A stretch of 64,000 bases of DNA from an uncultured Chloroflexia bacterium (lineage in GTDB: Bacteria; Chloroflexota; Limnocylindria; Limnocylindrales; CSP1-4): NCBI GenBank assembly GCA_963788235.1, contig CAWBFV010000004.1, forward strand, positions 89,030 to 153,029, read 5' to 3'. This document shows positions 1-12,085 of this stretch, in pieces (the first letter of the stretch is position 1; each line of letters begins with the position of its first letter). The notes under the pieces are model-generated. The model saw nothing but the letters and a program-made list of their open reading frames with translations, was not told where the DNA came from and made no database searches. The position numbers and the translations under genes were made by a program.

Positions 1-7
1 ACGGTCG

Positions 8-937
8 GTGATCGGCCCGATCGAGCAGCCGCACAGCCGGCCGTGGTCGACCACGTTGCGCATTCCCACCGATCGCGGCGTCGTCTGGGCCAAGGCCAGC
101 GGACCCGGGACGGCCCATGAGGGGCCGCTGCTGCAGGCCTTCGTCGAGTGGAACGTGCCGTTCGTGCTCGCGCCGCTCGGCGTGGATGTTGGACGCCGCT
201 TGCTGTTGCTGCCCGATGGCGGGACCACCCTTCGTCGCACGCGGCCCGACGACAAGGGTGACCAGGATCTCGGCGCGTGGGAACGCGTGCTCGCCGACTA
301 CGCGACGCTGCAGCGGGCCGTGGAGCCACGAGCCGGCGAGCTGCTCCGGCTCGGTGTCCCGGACGGACGTCCGGAGGTCCTCCAAGCGACGCTGGCGCGG
401 CTCGTGGCGGACGACGCGATCTGGGCCCGCGTCGACGCCACCGAGTTGGATACTGCGGCGGCCGCACGCGAACGCCTTCGCGGGCTCGGACCGTGGGTAG
501 AGCGGCGGGCCGGGGTCCTGTCCGGATCCGGGATCGCGGTCACGATCCAGCACGACGACCTGCACAGCAACAACGTGTTCGCCGGAGCCGACGGGTATCG
601 CTTCTTCGATTGGGGCGATTCGGTCGTCGCCCACCCGTTCGGCACGCTGCTTGGGACGCTGAACTCGGTCGCGTACCACCTCGGGATCGAGCCCGGCGCG
701 CTGGAGCTGCGGCGACTGCGCGATGCCTACCTCGAGGCATGGACCGACGTCCTGCCACGCGCCGCGTTGGACGAGGTGCTCGAAGGCGCCCTCGATCTCG
801 GCCGGATCGGCAAGGCCGCGGCGTGGGATCGGGCGCTGATGGGTCTCGAGACCGCCGAGATGGACGGCCACGGCGACGCGCCGGCGGCCTGGCTGATGGA
901 CCTCGACCAGCACCTGGAGGGACGCGGCGCGCCCTGA
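8..937 (+). CDS. Phosphotransferase (APH / choline-kinase-like) family protein; true 5' end may lie outside the window
   Basis: ORF 8..937. Catalytic-loop motif HDDLHSNNVF followed by FDWGDS, typical of aminoglycoside/homoserine-kinase-type phosphotransferases. Confidence 0.65.
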   Translation: MIGPIEQPHSRPWSTTLRIPTDRGVVWAKASGPGTAHEGPLLQAFVEWNVPFVLAPLGVDVGRRLLLLPDGGTTLRRTRPDDKGDQDLGAWERVLADYATLQRAVEPRAGELLRLGVPDGRPEVLQATLARLVADDAIWARVDATELDTAAAARERLRGLGPWVERRAGVLSGSGIAVTIQHDDLHSNNVFAGADGYRFFDWGDSVVAHPFGTLLGTLNSVAYHLGIEPGALELRRLRDAYLEAWTDVLPRAALDEVLEGALDLGRIGKAAAWDRALMGLETAEMDGHGDAPAAWLMDLDQHLEGRGAP

Positions 938-964
938 GCTCTGACGCGGCGCCACCGTGCGCCC

Positions 965-1010
965 GTGCATGGTCATGCACTGGTGCATCAATGGTGCAGT
1001 TTGATTATTG
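965..1010 (+). promoter_or_regulatory. Candidate operator/promoter element upstream of RND module 1
   Basis: Inverted repeat GTGCAT-GGTC-ATGCAC (965-980), followed by two more GGTGCA repeats and GGTGCAGTTTGATTATTG (993-1010). A near-identical block GGTGCATTTTGAGTATGG occurs on the minus strand at ~15997-16014, upstream of paralogous module 2. Confidence 0.3.
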
Positions 1011-1149
1011 CGGCGTGCCAGCGGCCGCGGATGATGCGGTCACAGCCTCCCGTGAACGGGCGTGGTTCGCCGTCGAACGCCGCCCGTGTTGAGGGGTCCG
1101 TCGAAGGCCGCGGCTTGTGGGAGCCGCCGATACGGGAAGAGGCGACTGG

Positions 1150-4100
1150 ATGGGCGTGATCGGCGCATGGAGCCTGCGCTATGGGCTCCTGGTCCTCGGC
1201 ATCGCCGCGGTGGCGATCCTGTTCGGCTACACGCAGCTCGGCCGCGCGTCGGTCGATACCCTGCCCGAGTTCGGGCCGACCTATGTCGAGGTCCAGACGG
1301 AGGCGCTCGGCCTGTCGGCTGAGGAAGTCGAACAGCTCATCACCGTCCCGCTCGAGGCCGACCTCCTCCACGGGGTGCCGTTCCTCGACGAGATCCACTC
1401 GCAATCGGTCGCGGGCCTGTCGTCGATCGTCATGTTCTTCGACCAGGGAACCGACGTCCTGCGCGCCCGCCAGGTCGTGGCCGAGCGTCTGACCCAGGCC
1501 CACGCCTTGCCGAACGTCTCCAAGTCGCCGGCCATGCTCCAACCGCTCTCATCGACCAGCCGCGTCCTCATGGTCGGCCTTTCGTCGAAGGACGTCTCGC
1601 TGATCGACATGTCGGTCCTCGCGCGGTGGACGATCCGGCCACGGCTACTGAGCGTTCCCGGCGTCGCCAATGTCGCGATCTGGGGCCAGCGTGAGCGCCA
1701 GCTCCAGGTGCAGGTGGATCCGGATCGGATGACCCAGCACGGCGTCTCGCTGAGCGCCGTGATCGAGACGACCGGCAACGCGCTGTGGGTCTCGCCGCTC
1801 ACGTTCCTGGATGCATCGACGCCGGGCACGGGCGGGTTCATCGACACGCCGAACCAGCGCCTCGGCATCCAGCACGAGTTCCCGATCCGCTCCCCGGAAG
1901 ATCTCGCGGAGGTCGCGATCGTGCGCGATCGCGTGACACCCGGAGCGCAGACCACGCTTGGTGACGTGGCGACGATCGTCGAGGATCATCAGCCGCTGAT
2001 CGGCGACGGCGTGGTCGAGGATGGACCGGGGCTCGTCCTCGTGATCGAGAAGTTTCCTGACGCAAACACGCTCGAGGTGACGAGGAACGTCGAAGACGCG
2101 CTCACCGCCCTGCAGCCAGGCTTGACGGGCATCACCGTCGACACATCGCTGTTCCGCCCGGCCGACTATCTCGAGTCGTCGGTGGCGAACGTGGCGCTGG
2201 CGCTGCTCCTCTCGCTGGCGCTCGTCGTGATCGCGATCGGTGTCGTGCTCAACCACTGGCGCGCGGCGGTCATCAGCCTCGTCGTGATCCCGTTGTCGCT
2301 GGCGGCCGCGGGGATCGTGCTCACGCTGCTCGGGGCCACGTTCAACGCGATCGTCGTCGCGGGTCTGGTCCTGGCCATCGGGATCGTCGTCGACGACGCG
2401 GTGCAGGCCTACGCGGCGGTCGAGGAACGAGCTCGACAGCGCCGTCCGGAGGATCGGGAGCGCTCCAGCGTGGAACTGATCCTTCAGGCGACGCTGGACG
2501 CGCGCGGATCCGCGTTCTACGCCATGGCGATCGTCGGGTGCGCGATCGCGCCGCTGTTCTTCGCCGGCGGCGTCCTCGGCACGTTCGCTCCGTCGATGGC
2601 GATCGCCTTCGTGGCGGCCTCCCTGACCTCGCTGCTCGTCTCGATCACCGTCGCTCCCGTGCTGTGCAACCTGTTGCGCACGGATCCCAGCAAGCTGCAG
2701 CGCGGTTCTTCGCTCGGCCGCCGGTTGCGCACCGAGTACGCCCGCGCCTTGCCGCGCGTGCTCGATCGCGATCGGCCGGCGATCCTCGCGGGCGGCGCCG
2801 CGGCCATCGCCGTCGTCGTCCTGATCGGGATAGCGGTGGTGCCCCAGGTCGCCCAGGCGCCCTTGCCCGCGTTCCGTGACCCAGACCTGCTGATCCATTG
2901 GGATGCGGCGCTCGGGACGTCGAGAGCGGAGATGGACCGGATCGTCGGACGCGTCGGCAGCGAGCTACGCGCCGTTCCGGGCGTCCGCGACGTCGGGGGC
3001 CACGTCGGCCGCGCGATCCTCGCCGACCAGATCGTCGGGGTCGACTCCGGCGAGATCTGGCTCGCCCTCGATCCTGGCGCCGACTACGATCGAACCATCG
3101 ACGATGTCCAGCGCGTCGTCAGCGGCTATCCGGGTCTCCACACCGAACTGCGCACGTACGCGTCGGATCGCGTCACCACGATCCTCCCGTCGTCGACCTC
3201 CGATCTCGTCGTCCGTGTCTACGGCCAGCGACTCGACCTGCTCCGGCAACAGGCCGAGGCCGTTCGACAGGCGGTGTCCGGCGTTCCCGACGTCGCCGCG
3301 GCCGAGATCCGCGACGAGGCCGAGGAGCCGACCGTCAAGATCCAGGTCGACATCGCCAACGCCCAGCGGTACGGACTCAAGCCGGGCGACGTGCGGCGGA
3401 GCGCGACCACGATGCTGTCCGGGATCGTGGTCGGGAGCCTGTTCGAGGACCAGAAGGTCTTCGACGTCGTCGTCTGGAGCGAGCCAGCCGTCCGCAAGGA
3501 CCTGGCGACGATCAACGACCTGATGATCGATCGCCCGACCGGCGGGCAGGTCCGACTTGGCGACGTTGCCAGCGTCACGATCGCGCCGACCCCGGCGGTC
3601 GTTCGTCGAGAGGGCGTATTCCGCTACATGGACGTCGCCGCGGACATCCGCGGCAGCGACCTGGCGGGGGCGGCCCACGCGATCCAGGCGGCGATCAAGT
3701 CCGTGCCGATGCCGCTCGAGTATCGCGCCGAGGTGCTCGGCGACTACGCCACCCGCCTCGCGACCCAGGCTCGGCTTCTGACGGCCGGCGTCGCGGTCGC
3801 GATCCTGATCCTCCTGCTGTTGCAGGCGGCCTTCGGGAGCTGGCGGCTCGCGGCGCTCATCTTCGTGACGCTGCCCGCGGCGATCCTCGGTGGGGCGCTG
3901 GCCGCGGAGGCCGCCGGCGGGCTCTCGCTCGGCACGATCCTCGGGTTCTTCACGGTGCTGGCCATCACCGCCCGGAGCGGGATCCTCCTCGTCCGGGAGT
4001 TCCAGCGGCTCGAGCGGACCGGCGAGCTGACGGGACGCGCGCTGATCCTCCACGCCGCGTCGGAGCGGCTGGTGCCACTGCTGGCCACGGTCATCGCGAC

Positions 4101-4321
4101 GATGGCCGCGTTCGTCCCGTTCCTCGTCCTCGGCGACCGCCCGGGGTACGAGGTGATCCGGCCGATGGCGGTCGTGATCATCGGCGGTCTCGTGACGTCC
4201 ACGCTGCTGGTGCTCTTCCTCGTCCCGGCGATCTACCAGCGTGTCGTGTCGAGCCCGCGAGGCGTCGATGGAGACCGAGCCCAGCACCGAGGCCTCGAGC
4301 CTCGAGCCGTCGACGGCGTAG
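1150..4321 (+). CDS. RND efflux permease, CzcA/CusA-like (module 1, subunit A); C-terminal ~20 codons need a +1 frame correction
   Basis: ORF 1117..4578. Start moved to ATG 1150, which has a GGGAAGAGG RBS and aligns with MMRSVVAWSLRY of the paralog. N-terminal block VDTLPEFGPTYVEVQTEALGLSAEEVEQLITVPLE is typical of HME-type RND pumps. As sequenced, the frame runs into the next gene. Shifting frame near ~4255 gives the tail SPEASMETEPSTEASSLEPSTA-stop (TAG 4319-4321), similar to the paralog tail PEPESEGQTQVEQPSLSPA. Confidence 0.85.
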
Positions 4322-4332
4322 GAGACGACGTC

Positions 4333-4779
4333 ATGCGCAGGCTGAACCGCTGGTCGATCCTCGTCCTGACCGTCGTCAGCGGTCTCGTCGCCGCCTGTGC
4401 CCCGCCGGCCGCGGAGCCGGCCGGCGAGGAAGGGCCGGCGACTCGTCGAGGACATCGCCGGCTCCGACGTCAAGCGCTTGACGCTGACGGAGGATGCGGC
4501 CGAACGGATCGGCATCGAGATGGTCCCCGTCGCCAGCGCATCGGGCGGCGCACACGATCGTGCCCTCGAGCACGGTGATCTATGACGCCGCGCGGCCAGA
4601 CGTGGGTGTACACGAGCCCGGAGACCGACGTGTTCGTCCGGGCGCCGGTCACGCTCATCGACATCGATGGCGGCTACGAGGCACTGCTCTCCGACGGACC
4701 GCCGATCGACACCGAGGTCGTGACCGTCGGCGTCGCCGAGCTGTACGGCTCGGAGCTTGGCGTCGGGGATCCCGAGTGA
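4333..4779 (+). pseudogene. Small lipoprotein (mini periplasmic-adaptor-like) of RND module 1, broken by three frame shifts as sequenced
   Basis: ATG 4333 after a GGAG RBS. Signal peptide plus lipobox: MRRLNRWSILVLTVVSGLVAAC. The rest of the protein is recovered in three other frame segments: [35 protein letters not shown] / [15 protein letters not shown] / [61 protein letters not shown]. These are collinear with the intact paralog at 12086..12520. Confidence 0.75.
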
Positions 4780-4802
4780 CCAGCCGCGCCGGCCGCCTGA
4801 CG

Positions 4803-7800
4803 ATGCTCCGCAGGATCGTCTCCTCGAGTCTGCGCTTCCGGTTCCTCGTCGTCGCGATCGCGGCCGGGACGATCTTCTTCGGCGCCGACGAGCTGCGCAG
4901 TGCACCCGTCGACGTGTTCCCCGAGTTCGCGCCGCCGCGCGTCGAGGTCCAGACGGCGGCCCTCGGCCTGTCCGCGTCCGACGTCGAGTCGTTCGTCACC
5001 GTCCCGCTCGAGCAGGCGGTCGCGGGCATCGAAGGTCTCGATATCCTCCGCTCGAAATCCGTTCCCCAGCTGTCCCAGATCGAGCTGATCTTCAAGCCCG
5101 GGACCGACGTGATGAAGTCACGCCAGCTGGTGCAGGAACGGATCGAGAGCGTCACGCCGTCGCTGCCCACCTGGGCGGCACCGCCGTTCATGATGCCGCC
5201 GCTGTCGGCGACGAGCCGCGTGATGAAGATCGGCATGTCGTCGTCGTCCATGTCGGTCATGGACATGTCGCTGATCACCTATTGGACGATCCGGTCCCGG
5301 CTGCTGAGCGTGCCGGGCGTGGCCAACATCCCGATCTGGGGCGAGCAGCTCAACCAGCTGCACGTCGAGGTCGTGCCCGACAAGATGGTGGCCAAGGGCG
5401 TCACCCTCGATGCGGTCATGGAGGGCACCGCGGACGCCCTCGACGCCGGCATCCTGCAGTTCTCGGAAGCGCACGTGATCGGGACGGGCGGCTTCCTGGA
5501 GACGGCGAACCAGCGTTTCTCGATCCAGCACGTCCCGTCCGTCGTGACGCCCGACGACCTGCGCAAGGTCGTGCTCGTCGGTCAGAACGGCAAGCTGATC
5601 CCACTCGGGGACATCGCCGAGGTCGTCAAGGATCACCAGCCGCTCTTCGGCGATGCGGTCGTCAACGACGGCCCCGGCCTGCTGCTCGTGGTCGAGAAGT
5701 TCCCGTGGGCGAACACGCTTGACGTGACCCGCGGCGTCGAGCAGGCGCTCGAGGAGCTGAAGCCCGGTCTGCCCGGGATCAAGTTCGATACGACGATCTT
5801 CCGGCCGGCGTCGTTCATCGAGGTCGCCCTCGGGAACCTGTCGCTCGCGCTGGCCCTCGGCTGCCTCCTGGTCGTCCTGGTCCTGCTGGCGTTCCTCTTC
5901 GAGTGGCGGACCGCGCTGATCAGCCTCATCGCGATCCCCCTGTCGCTGCTGGCCGCAGGGCTGGTGCTCCACGCACGTGGGACGACGATCAACACGATGA
6001 TCCTCGCCGGGCTGGTGATCTCGGTCGGGGTCGTGGTCGACGACGCGATCATCGACGTCGAGAACATCGTGCGGCGACTGCGCCAGCATCGGCTCAGCGG
6101 GAGCGACAAGTCGACGGCGCTCGTGATCCTCGAATCGTCGCTGGAAGTGCGCAGCGCGATCATCTACGCGACCCTGATCGACGTCGTTGCGATCACCCCG
6201 GTCCTGTTCATCCAGGGTGTCTCCGGAGCGTTCTTCCAGCCGCTGATCATCTCGTACGGACTGGCCGTCCTGGCATCGATGCTGGTCGCCCTCACCGTCA
6301 CGCCGGCGCTGGCCCTGATCCTCCTCCACGGGTCCGCGATCGAGCGGCGCGAATCACCGTTGGCGCGCCGCCTGCAGCAGGCGTATGCGGCGGTCCTCTC
6401 GCGGGTGGTCAGGTCCGCACGGCCGGCCTTCGCGGCGGTCGCGGCCATCGCCGTCACCGGCATCATCGTCGCGCCGCAGCTCGGCCAGTCGCTGTTCCCT
6501 GAATTCAAGGAGCGCGACTTCCTGATGCACTGGATCACGACCCCGGGCACGTCGCTGCCGGAGGAGAACCGGATCATCCTCGCGGCCAGTCGCGACCTGC
6601 GGGCGATCCCCGGCGTGCGCAATTTCGGCGCGCACATCGGCCAGGCGCTGCTCGGCGAGGAGATCGCCGGAGTCGACTTCGGCGAGAACTGGATCAGCGT
6701 CGACCCGAACGCCGACTACGAGTCGACGCTCGAGCAGGTCGAGGAGGTGGCCGCGTCCTACACGGGGCTGTTCCGGAACGTCGAGACGTATCTCAACGAA
6801 CGGATCGACGAGGTCCTGACCGGATCCAGCGACCAGGTCTCCGTGCGGATCTACGGCCCTGACCTCAAGGAGCTCCAGCGCCTCGCCGACGAGGTCGAAT
6901 CATCGATCGCGAAGATCGACGGCATCGTCGACGTCCACCGCGACCTCCAGACCGACATCCCGCAGATCGAGGTCGTGGTCGATCTCCAGACCGCGCAGGC
7001 CTACGGCATCAAGCCCGGCGATGTCCGGCGGGCCGCGGCGACGCTCGTGTCGAGCGAAGAGGTCGGTGACATCTTCAGCGAGGGCAAGGCCTACGACGTG
7101 CACGTCTGGAGCACGCCCGCGACGCGCGAAAGCGTGAGCGACATCGAGAAGTTGCTCATCGACACGCCGGTCAAGGGGCCCGTGCCGCTCAGCGAGCTTG
7201 CGAGCGTCAAGGTCGTTCCGACGCCGAACCGGATCAACCACGAGAACCTGGCCCGGCTGATCACCGTCGGCGCCAACGTCGACGAGCGCGATCTCGGCGG
7301 GGCCGTCCGCGACATCGAGGCCGCCGTCGGGGACATCGAGTTCCCGCAGGGCTACCACCCCGAGTTCCTGGGCGAGTTCGCCGAGCGCCAGTCGGCCCAG
7401 AACAACCTGCTGCTGTTCGCGATCGCGGCCGCGATCGGCGTGCTGCTCCTCCTGCAGGCGGCGTTCGGGAACAGTCGCCTCGCGATCCTGTCCTTCCTCA
7501 CCCTGCCCTCGGCGCTGGTCGGCGGCGTGCTGGCCGCGTACGTCGGCGGAGGGACGCTGTCGCTCGGCTCGTTGATCGGGTTCTTCACCGTCCTGGGCAT
7601 CGCCGCGCGCAACGGGATCATGATGATCAACCACTTCCAGCACCTCGAGCGGGTCGAGGGCGAGCCATTCGGCCCCGGTCTCGTGGTGCGTGGCGCGCGA
7701 GAGCGACTCTCGCCGATCCTCATGACGGCGCTGGCCACCGGCCTGGCGCTCATCCCGCTGGTCCTCGCGGGCGATCTGCCCGGTGCGGAGATCGAGCACC

Positions 7801-7934
7801 CGATGGCGATCGTGATCCTCGGCGGCCTCGTCACTTCGACGCTGCTCAACCTGTTCATCGTGCCGTCGCTGTATCTCCGCTTCGGACGGAGCGCGAAGGT
7901 CCCGGGCACAGGAGCCGTAGCTACCGCTACCTGA
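4803..7934 (+). CDS. RND efflux permease, CzcA/CusA-like (module 1, subunit B)
   Basis: ORF 4494..7934. Start at ATG 4803 ([16 protein letters not shown]) aligns with the paralog start MMRLIVRSSLRYRYLV. An alternative GTG at 4776 overlaps the upstream stop as GTGA. RND hallmarks are present along the full length. Confidence 0.9.
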   Translation: MLRRIVSSSLRFRFLVVAIAAGTIFFGADELRSAPVDVFPEFAPPRVEVQTAALGLSASDVESFVTVPLEQAVAGIEGLDILRSKSVPQLSQIELIFKPGTDVMKSRQLVQERIESVTPSLPTWAAPPFMMPPLSATSRVMKIGMSSSSMSVMDMSLITYWTIRSRLLSVPGVANIPIWGEQLNQLHVEVVPDKMVAKGVTLDAVMEGTADALDAGILQFSEAHVIGTGGFLETANQRFSIQHVPSVVTPDDLRKVVLVGQNGKLIPLGDIAEVVKDHQPLFGDAVVNDGPGLLLVVEKFPWANTLDVTRGVEQALEELKPGLPGIKFDTTIFRPASFIEVALGNLSLALALGCLLVVLVLLAFLFEWRTALISLIAIPLSLLAAGLVLHARGTTINTMILAGLVISVGVVVDDAIIDVENIVRRLRQHRLSGSDKSTALVILESSLEVRSAIIYATLIDVVAITPVLFIQGVSGAFFQPLIISYGLAVLASMLVALTVTPALALILLHGSAIERRESPLARRLQQAYAAVLSRVVRSARPAFAAVAAIAVTGIIVAPQLGQSLFPEFKERDFLMHWITTPGTSLPEENRIILAASRDLRAIPGVRNFGAHIGQALLGEEIAGVDFGENWISVDPNADYESTLEQVEEVAASYTGLFRNVETYLNERIDEVLTGSSDQVSVRIYGPDLKELQRLADEVESSIAKIDGIVDVHRDLQTDIPQIEVVVDLQTAQAYGIKPGDVRRAAATLVSSEEVGDIFSEGKAYDVHVWSTPATRESVSDIEKLLIDTPVKGPVPLSELASVKVVPTPNRINHENLARLITVGANVDERDLGGAVRDIEAAVGDIEFPQGYHPEFLGEFAERQSAQNNLLLFAIAAAIGVLLLLQAAFGNSRLAILSFLTLPSALVGGVLAAYVGGGTLSLGSLIGFFTVLGIAARNGIMMINHFQHLERVEGEPFGPGLVVRGARERLSPILMTALATGLALIPLVLAGDLPGAEIEHPMAIVILGGLVTSTLLNLFIVPSLYLRFGRSAKVPGTGAVATAT

Positions 7935-8056
7935 ACCGGTCGACGCTGAGCTCCTGTCGGGCTTCGTCCCAGACTGTGACGACGATGTCAGATGAGATCG
8001 CGCAACTCCAAGCCAGCGCCATCACTCGTGACGGTCGCGAATGCGTCTCGGAAACG

Positions 8057-8500
8057 ATGAGTAACAAGTCCGACCGCCCGCGGCTGCCAACGCTACGGAT
8101 CGCCGCTTTCGTGGCTGTTGTCGTTGGGTCGGTGGGCGCCTGCCGACCTTTGCCCATGCAGGAAGTCAACTTGGCCCGCACCACATGGGCTCTCGCGTCG
8201 ATCGATGGTCAGCCGGTAGAGGTCGAAAGCCCGCCCACGATCACATTCCACGATCTCAACAGCGTGACCATGGCGAGCGCCTGCGAGACCTTCAGCGCCG
8301 CGCTCGCGATGGAGACCGATAGCGACGGCCTCAGTTTTGGCGAGCCGGTCAGCCGAAGCACGCACCCATGCGACGCGGACGTCAAAGCTCAGGACGGGCC
8401 GCTCACCGAGGCCATCCTCGACACGGAGACGTGGAAGGTTGTCAACCATCAGAGCATCGAGCTGACAGGCTCCCATGTGCTCCTGCTGGGGCGCATGTAG
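8057..8500 (+). CDS. META (HslJ-like) domain lipoprotein
   Basis: ORF 7976..8500. Internal ATG 8057 gives a signal peptide plus lipobox (AAFVAVVVGSVGAC). WALASIDGQPV ... ASACETFSA ... THPCD pattern is typical of META domains. Confidence 0.6.
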   Translation: MSNKSDRPRLPTLRIAAFVAVVVGSVGACRPLPMQEVNLARTTWALASIDGQPVEVESPPTITFHDLNSVTMASACETFSAALAMETDSDGLSFGEPVSRSTHPCDADVKAQDGPLTEAILDTETWKVVNHQSIELTGSHVLLLGRM

Positions 8501-8902
8501 CAGCCTCGCCCAGCGCCGGGTTCGTCCTCTTTGTGGAGAACGGGATGATCGCCACGCTCGAAGCGTTCACCTACGGCGAGGCGTGGCCCGACTCAGTCGG
8601 GAACTACACGATCACGTCGCCGTAGAGGGCTGCGTGCCCTCATTGAGGGGCTCCGACAGGCCGGCGGGGGCGCCACGCAACCTGCTGGATATCCCTGGTA
8701 CGCATGGCTTGGAGGCGACGGGGTCGCGATCAGGTCCCCGAGGGCCGACTTGCCTGCTGGCTATTCGCCTCGCGGATGCCTAATACGACATTGTGACGTG
8801 CGGCTCGCACGCTATGCGCCTCACGAATAGGCAGCAGGCGAGGCAGCGGGGCGACGGGGTCCCGCCGCGAGAACCGAGGTGTCCCCCCAGCGCTGTGGGC
8901 AG

Positions 8903-11900
8903 TCAGCCCGCTACGGCCGGCGCGACCTCCTGAGCCGCGGTCGCCCGTCCACCCCGGTTCCCGAACCGGAGGTAGAGCGACGGCACGATCAGCAGATTGA
9001 GCAGGGTCGACGTCAGCAGGCCGCCCAGGATCACGATCGCCATCGGGTGCTCGATCTCGTGCCCGGGCAGGTCACCCGCGATCGCCAGCGGCACCAGCGC
9101 AAGACCCGTGGCCAGCGCCGTCATGAGGATCGGCGACAGTCGCTCGCGAGCGCCGCGCAGGACCAAACCGACGCCGAACGGCTCGCCCTCGACCCGCTCG
9201 AGGTGCTGGAAGTGGTTGATCATCATGATCCCGTTCCGTGCCGCGATGCCCAGCACCGTGAAGAACCCGACGAGCGAGCCCAGCGACAGCACGCCGCCGG
9301 TCAGCCACGCCGCCAGGACCCCGCCGACCAGCGCCGACGGCAGCGTCAGGAACGCCAGCAGCGCGAGCCGGGTGTCGTTGAACGAGGCCTGCAGCAGCAG
9401 GAAGATGCCGACCAGGGCGGCCAGCGCGAAGAGCATCAGCCGATCGGTCGCGGCCTGCCGCTCGGCGTACTCGCCCAACAGCTCGGGGTGATAGCCCTCG
9501 TCGAAGTTCATGGCATCGACGGCGGCCTGCACGTCACGCACCACCGACCCGAGGTCTCGGCCGGTCACGTTGGCATCGACGTCGATCCGCCGAGTGAGGT
9601 TCTCGTGGGTGACGCTGTTCGGGGCCGGCCCGACCTTCACGCTGGCGAGCTCGCCCAGCGGCACCTTGCCCCGGGTCGGTGTGTCGATCGGCAGCTGCTC
9701 GATGTCGCTCAGGTTCTGGCGGACCTCGGGCGTCGTCCAGACATGAACGTCGTAGGCTGCGCCGCCGAAAAAGACGTCACCGACCTCCTCGCTCGACAAC
9801 ATGACCGAGGCGGCACGACGGACATCGCCTGGCTTGATCCCGTAGGCCTGGGCCTTGGCCAAGTCGACCTCGATCTGCACCTGGGCGATCTCGGTCTGGA
9901 GTTGGCGATGGACGTCCTTGGTCCCGGGGATGCCTTTAAGGACCTCCTCAAGCTCCTTGGCTTTTGCGTCGAGCACGCCGAGATCGGGTCCGAAGATGCG
10001 CACGACGATGGCGTCGCTCGATCCCAGTCAGGACCTCTCGGATCCGCTCCTTCAGGTACGTTTGGACATCGCGCCGCAGACCCGGGTAGCCATCGACCAC
10101 CTTCTGGATCGCGGCATGCGTGTCCTCGTAGTCGACATCGGGCGAGACCGAGATCCAGTTCTCGCCGAAATCGATGCCGACGACCTCGTCGGCCAGCAGC
10201 GCCTGGCCGATGTGCGAGCCACAGTTCTGGACGCCCGGGATCGAGCGGAGCTCGACGCACGCAGCAGTCGAGACCCGGACCTCCTCGGGGTGGGAGGTGC
10301 CCGGTGCCGTAACCCAGTGCATGAGGAAGTCGCGTTCCTTGAAGTCCGGTAGCAGCGACTGGCCAAGCTGCGACCCCACGACGACCCCCACGACGCTGAT
10401 GCCCGCGACCATGGCGAACGCCGGTCGCGCGGAGCCGATGATCCGCGCCAGGACCGCCTGGTAGCGCTCCTGGAGCACGCGGGCGATCGGTGACGAGCGG
10501 CGCTCGACCTTCGCATTGCGCAGCAGGAGGTAGGCCATCGCCGGCGTCACCGTGAGGGCGACCAGCAGCGATGCGAGCACGGCCAGGCCATACGAGATGG
10601 CGAGTGGCTGGAAGAACGCGCCCGACAGGCCTTGGATGAAGAACACCGGAACGATCGCGACGACGTCGATCAGCGTCGCGTAGATGATCGCGCTGCGGAC
10701 TTCGAGCGACGACTCGAGCACGATCGACCACGTCGACCGAGCCGTGCCCTCGAGCCGGTTCTGGCGTAGCCGTCTGACGATGTTCTCGATGTCGATGATC
10801 GCGTCATCGACGACCACCCCGACGGAGATCACCAGTCCCGCCAGCACCATCGTGTTGACGGTCGTGCCCCGCAGCTGGAGGACCAGTGCGGCGGCCATCA
10901 GCGACAGCGGGATCGCGACGAGGCTGATCAATGCCGTGCGCCAGTCGAAGAGGAACAGGATCAGGATCGCGAAGACCAGCACGGATCCCGAGCAGCAGCG
11001 CGCGTGACAGGTTCTCGAGCGCGACATCGATGAACGTCGCGGGTCGGAAGATCGTCGTGTCGACTTCGATCCCCTGGAGGCCCGGGCGCATCTCGTCGAT
11101 GGCCGCCTCCACGCCGCGCGTCACCTGGAGCGTGTTCGCCCACGGGAACTTCTCGACGATGAGCATGATCCCCGGGCCATCGTTGATGACCGCGTCACCG
11201 AACAGCGGCTGGTGGTCCAGGACGATGTCGGCGACCTCGGGGAGCCGGACCGTCCGGCCGTCCGCCGCCGTGAGCGTCACGTTGTCGAGCGCCGAAGGCT
11301 CGACGACCGACGGGACGTGCTCGATCACGAGCCGCTGGTTCACGGTGTCGACGTAGCCGCCGGTCCCGATCGTGTTCCCGGTCGAGAACATCAGCAGGGA
11401 GGCGTCGACCGCCTGCGCGGTCGCTTCCATCACGTCGTCGAGCGCGATCCCGTAGCGGGCGAGCTGCTCAGGCTTGACCTGGACCTGGAACTGGTTGAGC
11501 CGCTCGCCCCAGATCGCGACGTTCGCTACGCCCTCGACGCTGAGGAGGCGCGATCGGATGTTCCAGTACGCGGTCTTGGACAGGTCGAACATGTCGACGG
11601 TGTCCGACGAGATGCCGATCTTCATGACGCGGCTCGTCGCGGACAGCGGCTGCAGCATGAACGGTGGGGCCGCCCACGTCGGCAGCGACGGCGTCACCAC
11701 CTGGATCCGTTCGGCCACGAGCTGACGGGCGTGGAGCAGGTCCGTGCCCGGCTTGAAGATGAGCAGGATCGACGAGAGCTGTTCGACCGACTTCGAGCGC
11801 AGCACGTCGAGCCCCTCGACGCCGGCGAGGGCCTGCTCGAGCGGGACCGTGATGAGCTCCTCGACCTCGGTGGTCGACATCCCGATCGCGATCGTCTGGA

Positions 11901-12045
11901 TCTCGACGCGCGGCGGGGCGAATTCGGGGAAGACGTCGACCGGGACGTTCTGGAGCCGGAAGAGCCCGATCGCCATCATCGCGGCGGCTGCCGCGAGCAC
12001 CAGATAGCGATAGCGCAGGCTCGATCGGACGATCAAGCGCATCAT
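8903..12045 (-). pseudogene. RND efflux permease, CzcA/CusA-like (module 2, subunit B), split into three frames as sequenced
   Basis: ORFs 10804..12045, 9948..11027 and 8903..10003 are collinear with the 4803..7934 protein. Junctions fall at ~10988 ([10 protein letters not shown] | [16 protein letters not shown]) and ~10024 (EVLTG | [14 protein letters not shown]). Each is explained by one extra base in a GGG run next to GATC. Confidence 0.85.
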
Positions 12046-12085
12046 CAGTCGATACCCCTCGCCTCAGGTCGTGATCGATCGCCGA

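Noticed and set aside
4322-4578. Read-through fusion of RND-A1 with the downstream lipoprotein (ORF 1117..4578).
   Set aside because: An RBS, ATG, signal peptide and lipobox begin at 4333. The paralogous module has separate genes. An alternative frame gives a paralog-like RND tail with a stop at 4319-4321. The fusion is therefore best explained by an indel.
1645-4905. Long antisense or off-frame ORFs, e.g. 1645..2898(-) and 2965..4905(-). Similar ones elsewhere: 8879..10312(+), 12565..13995(+), 18843..20303(-), 26013..27875(-), 46063..47571(-), 47766..49505(-).
   Set aside because: Their translations are Arg/Pro/Gly/Asp-rich low-information strings, typical of shadow ORFs in high-GC DNA. Each lies entirely opposite or out of frame to a gene with clear family motifs.
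8368-8625. ORF 8368..8625 as a gene.
   Set aside because: Its 5' two-thirds overlaps the META gene in another frame with junk translation. Only the last ~35 codons look protein-like, so I treat it as a remnant (see findings).
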